64,000 nucleotides of DNA, from the NCBI GenBank assembly GCA_965277405.1, contig OZ255726.1:1888001-1952000 (forward strand), given 5' to 3'. The stretch comes from Gammaproteobacteria bacterium (lineage in GTDB: Bacteria; Pseudomonadota; Gammaproteobacteria; G965277405). The position numbers were made by a program, and so were the translations under genes. Position 1 is the first letter of the stretch. Each line of letters begins with the position of its first letter. The notes under the pieces were generated by a model. The model ran no database searches, was not told the origin of the DNA, and saw only the letters and a list, made by a program, of their open reading frames with translations. Shown here in pieces: positions 30,015 through 40,116 of the stretch.

Positions 30015-30871
30015 TCTATCTAGTCCGCATGATGTATGGTGCGCTGATTGGCAGCGCAGATGTAATTCCAGGCGTTTCTGGCGGCACCATGGCGTATATG
30101 CTTGGCATATATCCACGCTTTATTGCTGCAATCGCCGCTATAAATTTACAGACAGTGCGCTTGTTGTTCACATTGCGTTGGCAGGAAGTATGGCATGCCG
30201 TCGATGGCGCCTTTATATTGCCAATTGCAATCGGTGCACTAGCCAGCATTGCACTGTTGGCGCCAACAATACAATTTTTGTTGCAGCACTATCAACCCGT
30301 ATTATTTTCTTTGTTTCTGGGACTTGTTCTCAGTTGTGCTTTGGTTTTTTTGTTTGTTTCAGTATCACATTTACGCAAACGCAGCGCTGCAATACAACTT
30401 GGGGTCGGATTGCTGGTCGGCCTAGCCATTCGCCATGGCATCTCTGACCTTCCCATCAATACTCTCACAATCATTGTTGGCGGCATCGCTGCTGCAGCGG
30501 CGATGCTGTTGCCAGGGATATCTGGCTCATACTTACTGGTATTACTTGGTCTATACCCTGTGATTATTGATGCCATTGCCACATTTGATTTTCGTATTAT
30601 TTGTTTTTTTACAGCTGGCGTTGCGCTCGGTTTGTTGCTTGCCAGCAAAATCATTCATTTCATGTTAGAACGTGCATATCATCAAACGATGGTCTTTATT
30701 GTAGGTGTTATTCTTGGTACAATAGATGCGCTCTGGCCGTGGCAAGTCGCAGCTGCTCCAATCTCACCATTTGCCATTGAGGTTAATTATTTGTTATTTT
30801 GTATCATCGCATTTTTTATCGGATTCATTGTGTTTTTTCTTTCTTTCACGTTTGCTAAGCCCCGATGCTAA
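30011..30871 (+). CDS. DUF368 family membrane protein (putative undecaprenyl-phosphate transporter)
   Basis: ADVIPGVSGGTMA and AMLLPGISGS repeat motifs, WPW. Confidence 0.9.
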   Translation: MIYLVRMMYGALIGSADVIPGVSGGTMAYMLGIYPRFIAAIAAINLQTVRLLFTLRWQEVWHAVDGAFILPIAIGALASIALLAPTIQFLLQHYQPVLFSLFLGLVLSCALVFLFVSVSHLRKRSAAIQLGVGLLVGLAIRHGISDLPINTLTIIVGGIAAAAAMLLPGISGSYLLVLLGLYPVIIDAIATFDFRIICFFTAGVALGLLLASKIIHFMLERAYHQTMVFIVGVILGTIDALWPWQVAAAPISPFAIEVNYLLFCIIAFFIGFIVFFLSFTFAKPRC

Positions 30872-32091
30872 TATCTTCTTGTTTTAGCTATTTTTGTAGC
30901 ATATCTAGCATATCTAGCATATCTAGCATATCTAGCATATCTAGCATATCTAGCATATTGCGTATCGTCTGCATCAGTTTTGTTTGTGCCATCGTCGCTT
31001 CGTGCTCTTCAATGGAACAAGACCGAGCAAATACGCCGCCACGCTTTGATGAAGAACTGCGTAAGCCAAAGATAATTATTCTGCATGGCAAAAATACCAT
31101 ACCAACTCCAGTAGCAACACCACAGCAGCAGTATGAGCGGATTAAACCTCCGCAGGAACAGGCACTTCTTGGTACAGGTGATGATGTGCCAAACATGCAG
31201 TCTTTTGCAACAGATGTGCAGATTATCCAACAGCCAAAACAACCGGCACCAATTACCCCATTGCCAAAACAACCGGCACCAATTACCCAATTGCCAAACA
31301 ACCAAGCATCAATACCACAACAGCCAGCTGCTACTGCTGTGCGCATAGCACCTGCTGCAAGCCAAGCGTCAGTTGTTCATAACGGCGCAACTTTTCACAT
31401 TCTCCGCACTGGAGAAACCTTGTATTCTGTTGCTAAACGCTATGGATTTACTGTTGATGAGCTGGTCAATGAAAATGCTATTGCCGACCCGACAGTCATT
31501 AGCTCAAACGCTCGTATTTATTTTCCAAGACCAGCGGTCGTTACGCCAGCAACAGTCGTTCGTCAACCACCGCTGCGGATTAGGCAAGCTGCAACCGTTG
31601 CTCAACAGCAACCACAGACAATCGTTGCCACACTACCCCAACCTGCTAGCGCAGCTGTGGTCAAACAGCCCGTGTCGGCTGCAAACCCAACAACAAATTC
31701 ACCCGCGATATTAGCTAAACCATGGCGATGGCCCGTTACCACCCCTATTGTCACTAAATCTTATGATCGCAGCGCGGCGTTGACAGAGCGCGGTATCGAC
31801 ATCCAAGGTGTGCGCGGCTCGCCAGTTTTTAGTGTTGCTGATGGAGTGATTGTGTTTATTGGAGATGTAGAAGGTTTTGGCAAAATCGTCATTGTCAGCC
31901 ACTTAAAAGGTGTGCTAAGCATTTATTCTCAGAACGACGAGTTATCCAATATTAGTGAAAACCAACGGGTCCAACAAGGTCAGAAAATTGCCACAATGGG
32001 TGTCGATAGCGCGGGAAAAGTGCGGCTGCACTTTCAAGTCCGCGTCAATGGCGAGCCAGTTGATCCAATGAAATACTTGCCCGCTATTTAA
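30865..32091 (+). CDS. nlpD: LysM/M23 murein hydrolase activator lipoprotein (NlpD-like)
   Basis: Lipobox-like IVASC, LysM (GETLYSVAKRYG), WRWP, GIDI, degenerate M23 with LHFQVR..G.PVDPMKYLP; after surE-DUF368. Confidence 0.85.
   Translation: MLISSCFSYFCSISSISSISSISSISSISSILRIVCISFVCAIVASCSSMEQDRANTPPRFDEELRKPKIIILHGKNTIPTPVATPQQQYERIKPPQEQALLGTGDDVPNMQSFATDVQIIQQPKQPAPITPLPKQPAPITQLPNNQASIPQQPAATAVRIAPAASQASVVHNGATFHILRTGETLYSVAKRYGFTVDELVNENAIADPTVISSNARIYFPRPAVVTPATVVRQPPLRIRQAATVAQQQPQTIVATLPQPASAAVVKQPVSAANPTTNSPAILAKPWRWPVTTPIVTKSYDRSAALTERGIDIQGVRGSPVFSVADGVIVFIGDVEGFGKIVIVSHLKGVLSIYSQNDELSNISENQRVQQGQKIATMGVDSAGKVRLHFQVRVNGEPVDPMKYLPAI
30897..30958. repeat. 9-bp microsatellite (TAGCATATC) x~7
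   Basis: Direct reading; encodes (SIS)n at the nlpD N-terminus. Confidence 0.97.
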
Positions 32092-32102
32092 TCAGAGGTT
32101 AC
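32088..32102. repeat. Isolated MITE right-TIR remnant overlapping the nlpD stop
   Basis: TTAATCAGAGGTTAC|TAAG versus consensus TTAATCAGAG(C/G)TTCC|TTAG. Confidence 0.55.
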
Positions 32103-32108
32103 TAAGAC

Positions 32109-33077
32109 ATGTTTCGATTCTTCTTTTTATCGAGGAAGTGGCTGGCTTGGGCATGGGGCGGTACATTGTTCTTAGCTATTTCAATATTGGTTCAAGTTCA
32201 AATAACTGTTAAAATTAATATATGGTACCGCGACTTTTATAACTTATTACAGAAACCAGAAGAAGGCAGCCTTGAGCAATTTTGGGAATTTATTTGGCAG
32301 TTTTCTCACTATGCGTTTCCGTATGTAATCATCGCCACATTCACCGCTTGGTTTACCCGAATGTATTCATTAAAATGGCGCGAAGCGATGACATGGGGCT
32401 TTATACCGTTGTGGCAACAAGTTACACACGAAATAGAAGGTTCGAGCCAACGAATTCAAGAGGATGCATTTCGCTTTGCACGTATCATGGAATCATTGGC
32501 ATTATCAGTATTTCGAGCAATACTGACATTGATTAGCTTTATCCCAATACTTTGGGGTCTTTCTGAGAATGTTGAAATACCTATTTTAAAGAATATTACT
32601 GGGTCACTTGTCTGGCTTGCCTTGCTGGTTTCGGTAGGTGGTTTGATAATCAGTTGGTTTGTCGGTATTAAATTGCCAACGCTCGAATACAACAACCAAA
32701 AGGTTGAAGCAGCATTTCGTAAAGAATTGGTATACGCCGAAGACAACAAGCGCGACTATGGTCATACTGAAACGCTGCTGCAACTGTTTATTGGTGTCAA
32801 ATTCAATTATCGAAAACTATATTTCCATTATGGCTACTTCGACATTTGGAGTAATATTTTTGAACAGATCATGATCATCTTTCCATTGATAATCATGGGA
32901 CCATCGTTATTCGCAGGTGTCATCACCTTTGGCATTATTACCCAAGTCAGTAATGCGTTTGACAGGGTTCGCGATTCATTTTCTATTTTCATCTTACGTT
33001 GGACAGATATTACTGAAATGCGCTCTATTCATAAACGGATCAAAGAGTTTGAACATAATTTAGTAACCGCTAAATAA
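32109..33077 (+). CDS. SbmA/BacA-like peptide transporter
   Basis: MF..FF..RKW..WAW.G, INIWY..FYNLLQ, WR.AM, IEG.SQRIQED..RFA, LEYNNQKVEAAFRKELVYAED, NY..LYFHYGYF. Confidence 0.85.
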   Translation: MFRFFFLSRKWLAWAWGGTLFLAISILVQVQITVKINIWYRDFYNLLQKPEEGSLEQFWEFIWQFSHYAFPYVIIATFTAWFTRMYSLKWREAMTWGFIPLWQQVTHEIEGSSQRIQEDAFRFARIMESLALSVFRAILTLISFIPILWGLSENVEIPILKNITGSLVWLALLVSVGGLIISWFVGIKLPTLEYNNQKVEAAFRKELVYAEDNKRDYGHTETLLQLFIGVKFNYRKLYFHYGYFDIWSNIFEQIMIIFPLIIMGPSLFAGVITFGIITQVSNAFDRVRDSFSIFILRWTDITEMRSIHKRIKEFEHNLVTAK

Positions 33078-33226
33078 TCTGCCAATTAAGCCGCTGATGC
33101 AGCGACTTTGCCTGCAATGGCGGATGATTACTGGGCGCAAACCGTTGCATATACGCCAAGCGATGCTCACAGTAAGCGCAGCGTTTTTGCTCCGTCTCGC
33201 CCATCATCGACTTAATCAGAGGCTCC
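33074..33226 (+). mobile_element. Internally deleted MITE copy
   Basis: ATTAAGCCGCTGATG...GCGCAAACCG...CATATACGCCAAG...GCGTTTTTGCTCCGTCTCGCCCATCATCGACTTAATCAGAGGCTCC. Confidence 0.82.
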
Positions 33227-33273
33227 CAAACACCAAGCTAAGGTCGGTTGTAACCGCAGCGCTTGATCATTAT

Positions 33274-33349
33274 TGCTATATTTATCATGCTATATTTATC
33301 ATGCTATATTTATCATGCTATATTTATCATGCATGCTATATTTATCATG
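33274..33349. repeat. 14-bp tandem repeat (TGCTATATTTATCA) x5
   Basis: Four contiguous copies, a 4-bp insertion, then a fifth copy. Confidence 0.95.
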
Positions 33350-33704
33350 ATTGTTGCCAGAATTGGTGGTGGGGTGTATTCCTGATTTTATCTTTTGGGT
33401 CATGGTCTAGCAGTTTATAAAATAATTGTTGCTAACAGGGGGAAAACATTACCGCTCTGATTAAGCACAGCCCAGACCCTGAAATTGCCCGATATAGTTG
33501 CCAGTTTGCCACGTGACTTTGCTACCATACGCGACCTTGAAATGTTTTTTTGTGCAGAAAAATCATTCCGAGAAATCATTGACGTCTACCTAGAGGATGA
33601 GATGGGCGGAATGCTCTCACTATATGCGCCTAGCTAAAGCTGTCAAAAACCCTGTGGTATGCGCAGCACATCACTTGGATTATTAATCTTTTAGGAGGAA
33701 TTAA

Positions 33705-34673
33705 ATGAAACATACTTTTATAGCCCTTGCCACAAGTCTTGCCGTAATGAGTACTGCAGTACAAGCGCAACAGTCCATAGTTATCGGGCATTCGCTCTCA
33801 CCAACCTCACATTACGGTATCGGCGCTGCGGCTTTTATTGCCAAGCTTGGTGAGTTGTCGGACGGAGCGTTTACCGGTAGTCAAGCTCCCGCAGGTCAAT
33901 TGGGCGGGGAACGGGATATGATCGAGGGAGTGCAAATCGGCTCGCTTGATGTTGTGATTACCTCAACCGGACCCTTGGGCAATTTCGTCCCTGAGGTATA
34001 TGCGTTGGACCTACCGTTTTTATTCCGTGATTATGACCATGCTCGCAAAGTTCTTGATGGGGCGATCGGCAAGGAATTACTGGAGAAGATCAACGACAAT
34101 GATTTGGTTGGTCTGGCATGGTCAGAGAACGGTTTTCGCCATATTACCAATTCGAAGCGAGCAGTGCGTACACCTGCAGACCTCAAAGGTCTCAAGCTGC
34201 GGACTATGGAAAATCGCGTGCATATGGAAGTTTTCTCTTTAATGGGTGCTGCGCCAACACCGATGGCTTTTCCAGAGTTGTTCACGGCGCTGCAGCAAGG
34301 CGTGGTTGATGGACAGGAAAACCCCATAGCTACTATCACAGCCGCAAAGTTCTGGGAGGTACAAGGCTATCTTTCCTTAACTGGTCATGTGTATTCACCA
34401 CTCGCCATTCTTGCTGCGCCAAGCCTGATCGAGAGTCTGACCGCAGCGCAGCGCGGTTGGTTCTTTGCGGCAGCCGCAGCCTCTGTTGCGGCCACTCGTG
34501 CCGCAGTAGATCGTCTTGAAGAAGCTGGTGTTGCGCTATTGCGCAACAAAGGAATGGCAGTCATCACCGATATTGACAAGGCAGCATTCGCCAAACTGGC
34601 ACAGCCCGCGTATGCGATCTATACCGACAAGTACGGTCCTACATTAGTCGAGCGCATCCAAGCTGTTGAGTAG
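33705..34673 (+). CDS. dctP: TRAP transporter substrate-binding protein DctP
   Basis: Signal peptide, GQLGGERDMIE, LPFLFRD, ENGFRHITN, GLKLR, ALQQGVVDGQENP; strong SD AGGAGG. Confidence 0.93.
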   Translation: MKHTFIALATSLAVMSTAVQAQQSIVIGHSLSPTSHYGIGAAAFIAKLGELSDGAFTGSQAPAGQLGGERDMIEGVQIGSLDVVITSTGPLGNFVPEVYALDLPFLFRDYDHARKVLDGAIGKELLEKINDNDLVGLAWSENGFRHITNSKRAVRTPADLKGLKLRTMENRVHMEVFSLMGAAPTPMAFPELFTALQQGVVDGQENPIATITAAKFWEVQGYLSLTGHVYSPLAILAAPSLIESLTAAQRGWFFAAAAASVAATRAAVDRLEEAGVALLRNKGMAVITDIDKAAFAKLAQPAYAIYTDKYGPTLVERIQAVE

Positions 34674-34738
34674 CGCAATAATTGTCAGGGGGGTTGGTAT
34701 TACCGCGTCTGGCTTGCTTTTTACGATAGTAATAAGGG

Positions 34739-35245
34739 GTGATTATCCGCTATTTTCTACATTTTGAGAATTTTATGACTGGGGTCGCCCGCCGGCTATC
34801 AATCGGTTTTCTGGTGATTGCTGCGAGTCTTGCTTTCTACCAAGTTGTAACTCGTTTTGCATTTGGCGCACCTTCTACTTGGTCAGAAGTAATTACACGC
34901 TCGGCAATGATATGGTCGGTGTTTCTTGGTGTGGCCGTTGCGTTTAGACACGGGGCCATGATTGCAGTTGAGGTAATCCAAAACCTGCTCTCATACCGCT
35001 TGGGCTTGGCTCTGTTTATTCTCGCCAATGTTGGCTCACTTATCTTTTTCGCAGTACTATTATGGCAGGGCTGGCTCATGACGCTGCGTGTCATCCCGCA
35101 AAATTTGGCCGCGCTTGAGTTGTCAATCGCATGGGTGTATGCCGCACTACCGGTTGGATCTATCTTTATTCTAGTGTCCATCCTTGCCTCAATGGTGCGC
35201 GCGGTGCAGGGCGATTGGATTGCAGCCAGTCAAGCAAATTCATAG
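34739..35245 (+). CDS. dctQ: TRAP small permease DctQ
   Basis: QVVTRF, WSE...R..MIW.VFLG, four TM segments. Confidence 0.88.
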   Translation: MIIRYFLHFENFMTGVARRLSIGFLVIAASLAFYQVVTRFAFGAPSTWSEVITRSAMIWSVFLGVAVAFRHGAMIAVEVIQNLLSYRLGLALFILANVGSLIFFAVLLWQGWLMTLRVIPQNLAALELSIAWVYAALPVGSIFILVSILASMVRAVQGDWIAASQANS

Positions 35246-35247
35246 CT

Positions 35248-36528
35248 ATGAATACTGCACTCGGGCTATCTCTTGTGATCCTTTTCATCCTCGGTGTGCC
35301 GATAGCGGTGGCGATTGGACTTGCGTCAATCATCGGCATCGAGGCGCAGGGTAGCCTGCCGTTGTTGTTGGTGGCTCAGCGCATGTTTACTGGCATCGAC
35401 AAATTCCCACTCATGGCAATTCCTTTGTTTATTCTCGCTGGAAATCTGATGTCTGCAGGCGGAATTTCCCATCGACTGGTGGAACTTGCCAAGTCATTAG
35501 TTGGCGGCGTCCAAGGCGGTCTAGCATGTACATGTGTCCTTACTTGCATGCTGTTTGCCTCGGTTTCTGGATCTTCAGTAGCAACGACTTTTGCGATTGG
35601 TGCCATCCTCATTCCGTCGATGGTACGGCATAATTATCCCAAGGCGTTTGCCGCATCTATCCAAGCATCCTCAGCCGAACTCGGTGTGCTGATTCCGCCG
35701 TCAATCCCGCTCATTCTCTACGGTGTATCGACGGATACATCTGTTGGTAAATTGTTCATTGCTGGTTTGGGGCCAGGTCTTCTTGTTGCAGCATCGTTGC
35801 TGCTACTCGTCCTAGTGATTTGCCGCATACGTGGTATAGGCAAAGAGGATGGATCGGGGCGTGTCAGCCCAAGTGCCGCGTTTTTCCGCGCATTCCCTGC
35901 CTTGCTCATCCCTGTTGTAATCCTTGGTGGAATTTATACTGGCATCTTCACTCCAACCGAAGCCAGTGCTGCTGCTGTCGCCACTGCTATAATCGTTGGG
36001 ATGGGGCTTTACCGTGAACTCAAGTTGCGTGACCTTCCAGATATTCTTACAAAAACGATTATTTCGTCATCGGTAATCATGGTTATCATTGCAGCGGCCG
36101 CGCTGTTTTCTTTCCTAATCACCCGTTCAGGTCTACCGCATGAGATTGCAATATGGTTTCGAGATGTTTTCGATAATCAGATCGCATTTCTGTTGGCTAT
36201 TAACATTCTTCTCCTCATAGTCGGCATGTTTATCGAGACGTCAGCGGCAATCCTTATTTTTGCTCCCATCCTCACGCCTATAGCATTAGCGTATGGTGTA
36301 GATCCAGTGCATTTTGGTCTGATCATCGTTGTCAATCTTGCCCTTGGGATGATTACACCCCCACTCGGCGTCAATCTTTTCGCCGCCTGCGCTGTCGCTA
36401 ACTTACGTGTTGAGAAAATCATCCCTGAGTTGGTCTGGTTTGTAGTTACGGTATTTATGGCGCTAATGATTATTACGTATGTCCCAGCAATCACGCTGTG
36501 GCCAGTACAACTTGTCTTTGGAAAATAG
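35248..36528 (+). CDS. dctM: TRAP large permease DctM
   Basis: FPLMAIPLFILAGNLM, SGSSVA, IPPSIP, GIFTPTEA, GVDPVHFG, ITPPLG. Confidence 0.93.
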   Translation: MNTALGLSLVILFILGVPIAVAIGLASIIGIEAQGSLPLLLVAQRMFTGIDKFPLMAIPLFILAGNLMSAGGISHRLVELAKSLVGGVQGGLACTCVLTCMLFASVSGSSVATTFAIGAILIPSMVRHNYPKAFAASIQASSAELGVLIPPSIPLILYGVSTDTSVGKLFIAGLGPGLLVAASLLLLVLVICRIRGIGKEDGSGRVSPSAAFFRAFPALLIPVVILGGIYTGIFTPTEASAAAVATAIIVGMGLYRELKLRDLPDILTKTIISSSVIMVIIAAAALFSFLITRSGLPHEIAIWFRDVFDNQIAFLLAINILLLIVGMFIETSAAILIFAPILTPIALAYGVDPVHFGLIIVVNLALGMITPPLGVNLFAACAVANLRVEKIIPELVWFVVTVFMALMIITYVPAITLWPVQLVFGK

Positions 36529-36541
36529 CTGATTGCTGATT

Positions 36542-36790
36542 AACTTTGTTGGTCTTGTCTCGATGGGGCTTGGTATGGCAAGCGCAGTTTTGCGCGGTGG
36601 GTAAAAGATCTAGGTATCGTCTTGGATATCGCAAAATCAGCGAAATGCAGCGCGCCTATAACCGCTGCATCTTTGCAGCAGTTGTTGGCAGCATCGGGTT
36701 CTGGCTTGGGTAAACTTGACGACGCTGCCGTTGCGAAGGTCTATACGCGCAATGCCAACCTTAAATGCCTGATGCCAAACAGGAATGAGC
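36542..36790 (+). pseudogene. ltnD: L-threonate dehydrogenase (LtnD/YgbJ-like) remnant with a large internal deletion
   Basis: N-terminal Rossmann fragment VGLVSMGLGMASAVLRG joined out of frame at ~36600 to the C-terminal VKDLGIVLDIAKSAK.SAPITAA.LQQ.LAASGSGLG..DDAAVAKVY.RNA. Confidence 0.7.
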
Positions 36791-36793
36791 AGC

Positions 36794-36853
36794 ATGCTAC
36801 TGGGATGCAGCGGTGATGATTTAACAGGTTTGAGTGATCTTGCCAACACTTAG
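36794..36853 (+). pseudogene. otnK: 5' stub of four-carbon acid-sugar (3-oxo-tetronate) kinase OtnK
   Basis: MLLGCSGDDLTGLSDLANT matches the DUF1537/OtnK N-terminus (LG.IADD.TG..DLAN); cut by the IS1595 remnant. Confidence 0.6.
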
Positions 36854-36854
36854 A

Positions 36855-37152
36855 CTCCCAAATAACAACCGATAAATGGACTAGTTATAAGGCATTACAA
36901 AAATGTTCGAGAATATCAATCAAATATATTCTGGTGAAAAAGGAGGTAATTTGCTAGAGTTACGCAGAGTGATTATGAACCTTAAATCATGGCTAAGAGG
37001 ATACATCATCATGTAAAAAATTTTAAGATTATTTAGATGAACATTGTTATCTTTTTAATATAAGTTTTATGAAAGAAACTATATTTGACAATCTTTTAAA
37101 CTGAATTATTATAGAAAACTTGTTGTATTAAAAATCTTAGTGATTAAATGCC
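36855..37152 (+). pseudogene. IS1595-family transposase 3' remnant with terminal IR
   Basis: Frameshifted TDKWTSY, EL.RVIMNLKSWLRG, DYLDE.CY.FN.SFMKETIFDNLL; ends in CTTAGTGATTAAATGCC. Confidence 0.72.
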
Positions 37153-37209
37153 TATACCAATAGTTTATAAGTAGTTATAAATTCCAATTATTTCGATTGC
37201 AAAATCAAT

Positions 37210-37273
37210 CATTTACACATTTACACATTTACACATTTACACATTTACACATTTACACATTTACACATTTACA
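37210..37273. repeat. 8-bp microsatellite (CATTTACA) x8
   Basis: Direct reading; ~220 bp upstream of hsdM. Confidence 0.97.
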
Positions 37274-37324
37274 GATAGGAAGATAATATGCCATTATTTC
37301 AAAATACAGTCATTCAGTAACACT

Positions 37325-37473
37325 TAAAAAATAAAAAAGAGAGAGATAAAATTGTCTTTGGTAAAATAAGCTGACTGCGAAGACTGTTTTTTAGCAGAAC
37401 AACAAAAAGCAGCTGTAATAGATACCCAAATTGAGCAAACAGATAATCAAATAGCTGCAATCTATAATAATTA
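37325..37473 (+). pseudogene. Possible C-terminal remnant of a type IIG restriction-modification enzyme
   Basis: Degenerate IKLSL...ADCEDCFLAEQQKAAVIDTQIEQTDNQI resembles the KLSL...EWEDYF..EQQKA....QI..TDKEID tail of Eco57I-like enzymes. Confidence 0.45.
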
Positions 37474-37494
37474 AGCCTTAACTATAAAAATATA

Positions 37495-40116
37495 ATGTCC
37501 TTCGAAAAAAAACAAAAACTAACACTACCAAAATTAGAATCTCTCCTGCTAAAAGCCTGCGACGAATTACGTGGCAAAATGGACGCTTCAGAATACAAAG
37601 AGTTCATTTTTGGAATGCTCTTTTTAAAACGTGCCAACGATAAATTTATCGAGGAACGCAAAAAGCTAACAGTTGGATACGTAAAAAGTAATATGCCTGC
37701 TGACCTTACTAAGGGTCAGCTTATCAACCCTACCATGTACGATTTCTATGTGCCTCCCATTGCTAGATGGACGTTAACTGATAAGGAAAAACAGGAAATA
37801 GCGAAGGATATTGATAAAGACAATCGAGAATTTAAAGGTATTCTTCACCTTAAAAAAAATGTAGGTTCTGGCTTAAACAAAGCACTTCATGCCATTGAAG
37901 ATGCGAAACCTGAAGTTTTTGAAGACGTGCTTAAAAACATCAACTACAACCGTAAGGTAGGTAAAAAAACCATTGATGATGCTAAGTGGGTAGCGTTTAT
38001 AGAAAAATTTAACGACATCCCTTTAAGAGATGAAGATTTCGAATTCCCAGATTTGTTAGGTGCAGCCTACGAATTTTTAATAAAGTATTTTGCGGATAGT
38101 GCTGGTAAAAAAGGAGGAGAATTCTATACGCCTTTTGAGGTCGTTAATTTAATGACTAGAATACTTGCACCTAAACAAGGAATGAGTATTTATGACCCAG
38201 CAGTTGGTTCTGGGGGTATGCTCATTCAAGCTAAAGACTTTGTTTCAGAAAACGGTGGTAATCCTCGCGATCTTTGTTTTTTCGGGCAAGAAGATAGCGG
38301 AACTACTTGGGCAATTTGTAAAATGAATATGATTCTCCACGGTATTCGTGATGCAGATATCCGTAATGAAGATACCATTAAAAACCCTGAACATATTGAA
38401 GACGGCAAACTAATGGTCTTCGACAGAGTAATTGCCAACCCACCGTTTTCGCAAAACTACTCTAAAAAGGAAATGAAACATCCTGAGCGTTTCCATACGT
38501 TTATGCCAGAAGGCGGTAAAAAGGCAGACTTTATGTTTGTTCAACATATGGCAAGTGTGCTTAAGAACAATGGAAAAATGGCGGTGGTAATGCCTCATGG
38601 AGTATTATTCCGCTCAGCTGATGAAAAAGAATGTAGAGCTAAATTTATTAGCAGAGGTATTTTAGAAGCCATAATTGGTTTACCAGCGGGCTTGTTTTAC
38701 GGTACAGGAATTCCAGCATGTATTATGGTGTTTAATAAAAATGGAGCTAAAGACCGAAAAGAGATTCTTTTTATTAACGCTGATGCAGAATATAAGGAAG
38801 GTAAAAACCAAAACAAACTGCGTCCAGAGGATATTGAAAAAATAACCAATACCTATAACACCAAAACAGAAATATCAAAATACAGCCGAAGTATTCCTAT
38901 TTCTGAGATTCAAGATGAAGACTACAACCTCAACATCCGTAGGTATGTAGATAATTCTCCAGAGCCTGAACCGCACAATGTAAAAGCGCATCTTAACGGT
39001 GGTATTCCACGTGAAGAAGTCGAAGCTCTCAATACACAATCTGAGTCCTTATTTAATCTTAACAACAGCTTGTTTGATACAAATGATGGTGATTTTTACG
39101 CTTTTACGCAAGCGGTTCTCAGTAAAGACAGTATCAAAGAAATTATTGAAAACAGCGTTAAAGTACAACAAAAATATGTCGAATATAAAACACATATAAA
39201 TGACTGGTGGAATAAGTACAATGCCGATTTTGAAGACTTACCCGACACCAAAATCCCAGCGTTATTACGTAAAAAAGTAATGCCCGCTATAATAGAAGAC
39301 TTAAAATCTTTTGGTGCTTTAGACAGGCACGAAATACGCGGTGCCTTTGCACAGTTTTGGGACGACTTAAAATTTGATTTTAAAAGTGTTGCTGCTAGTG
39401 GTTGGGGAGCAGAATTAATCCCTGAAAAGGATATTCTACAAAGCCAATTTCCTGAAGTATTAAAACAAATAGAAAACGATAAAACACGTATTGCAGAGCT
39501 AGCAGGTTTGTTTAGTACGGCAGATGACGAAGATTATGAAGATGAAAACGACACAGGCATCTTAGCTAAGGAAACTGTAAAAGGCTTAAAAGAAACATTA
39601 AAAACACAAAACACTAATATTAGAGTCTTTAAAAAGGAACTAAAAGGACTAAAAGCAGCTTTTAAAACATTAGAAAAAAGTGAATCCGCAGATGCTATAG
39701 AGATAGCAACTATCACCCAAAAAATTGAGCAACTAGAAAGCACCCAGCTCATACAAGCAGAGCAAAAAAAAACAGAAATAGATGCCCAATTAGAAAAGCA
39801 CAGCACCTTAAACAAAGAACTAAGAGAACTAAAATCTAATATTAAAACTGTTGAAAATACAAAAGACAAACTAGTAGCAGCGGCACGTGCGAAAATTACT
39901 GCAAAAGAAGCCAAAGCCTTAATTTTAGAGCGTTGGTTAAACAGCTTACAACAGCAATATAAAGGCTATGTAAAAGCTTTTATAAACGATTATACTACTA
40001 AGGTACAAAATCTATATACCAAGTATAACTTAACAATAAAATCTATTCTAAAAAGTAGAGATGCTGATGCTGAAAAATTAAACGAATTTTTAATGGAGTT
40101 GGGGTATGAAGGGTAA
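37495..40116 (+). CDS. hsdM: Type I R-M methyltransferase subunit with long C-terminal extension
   Basis: [63 protein letters not shown]. Confidence 0.95.
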   Translation: MSFEKKQKLTLPKLESLLLKACDELRGKMDASEYKEFIFGMLFLKRANDKFIEERKKLTVGYVKSNMPADLTKGQLINPTMYDFYVPPIARWTLTDKEKQEIAKDIDKDNREFKGILHLKKNVGSGLNKALHAIEDAKPEVFEDVLKNINYNRKVGKKTIDDAKWVAFIEKFNDIPLRDEDFEFPDLLGAAYEFLIKYFADSAGKKGGEFYTPFEVVNLMTRILAPKQGMSIYDPAVGSGGMLIQAKDFVSENGGNPRDLCFFGQEDSGTTWAICKMNMILHGIRDADIRNEDTIKNPEHIEDGKLMVFDRVIANPPFSQNYSKKEMKHPERFHTFMPEGGKKADFMFVQHMASVLKNNGKMAVVMPHGVLFRSADEKECRAKFISRGILEAIIGLPAGLFYGTGIPACIMVFNKNGAKDRKEILFINADAEYKEGKNQNKLRPEDIEKITNTYNTKTEISKYSRSIPISEIQDEDYNLNIRRYVDNSPEPEPHNVKAHLNGGIPREEVEALNTQSESLFNLNNSLFDTNDGDFYAFTQAVLSKDSIKEIIENSVKVQQKYVEYKTHINDWWNKYNADFEDLPDTKIPALLRKKVMPAIIEDLKSFGALDRHEIRGAFAQFWDDLKFDFKSVAASGWGAELIPEKDILQSQFPEVLKQIENDKTRIAELAGLFSTADDEDYEDENDTGILAKETVKGLKETLKTQNTNIRVFKKELKGLKAAFKTLEKSESADAIEIATITQKIEQLESTQLIQAEQKKTEIDAQLEKHSTLNKELRELKSNIKTVENTKDKLVAAARAKITAKEAKALILERWLNSLQQQYKGYVKAFINDYTTKVQNLYTKYNLTIKSILKSRDADAEKLNEFLMELGYEG

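Noticed and set aside
33274-33349. Possible CRISPR array (also 30897-30958 and 37210-37273)
   Set aside because: Units are 8-14 bp and contiguous, with no unique spacers and no cas genes nearby.
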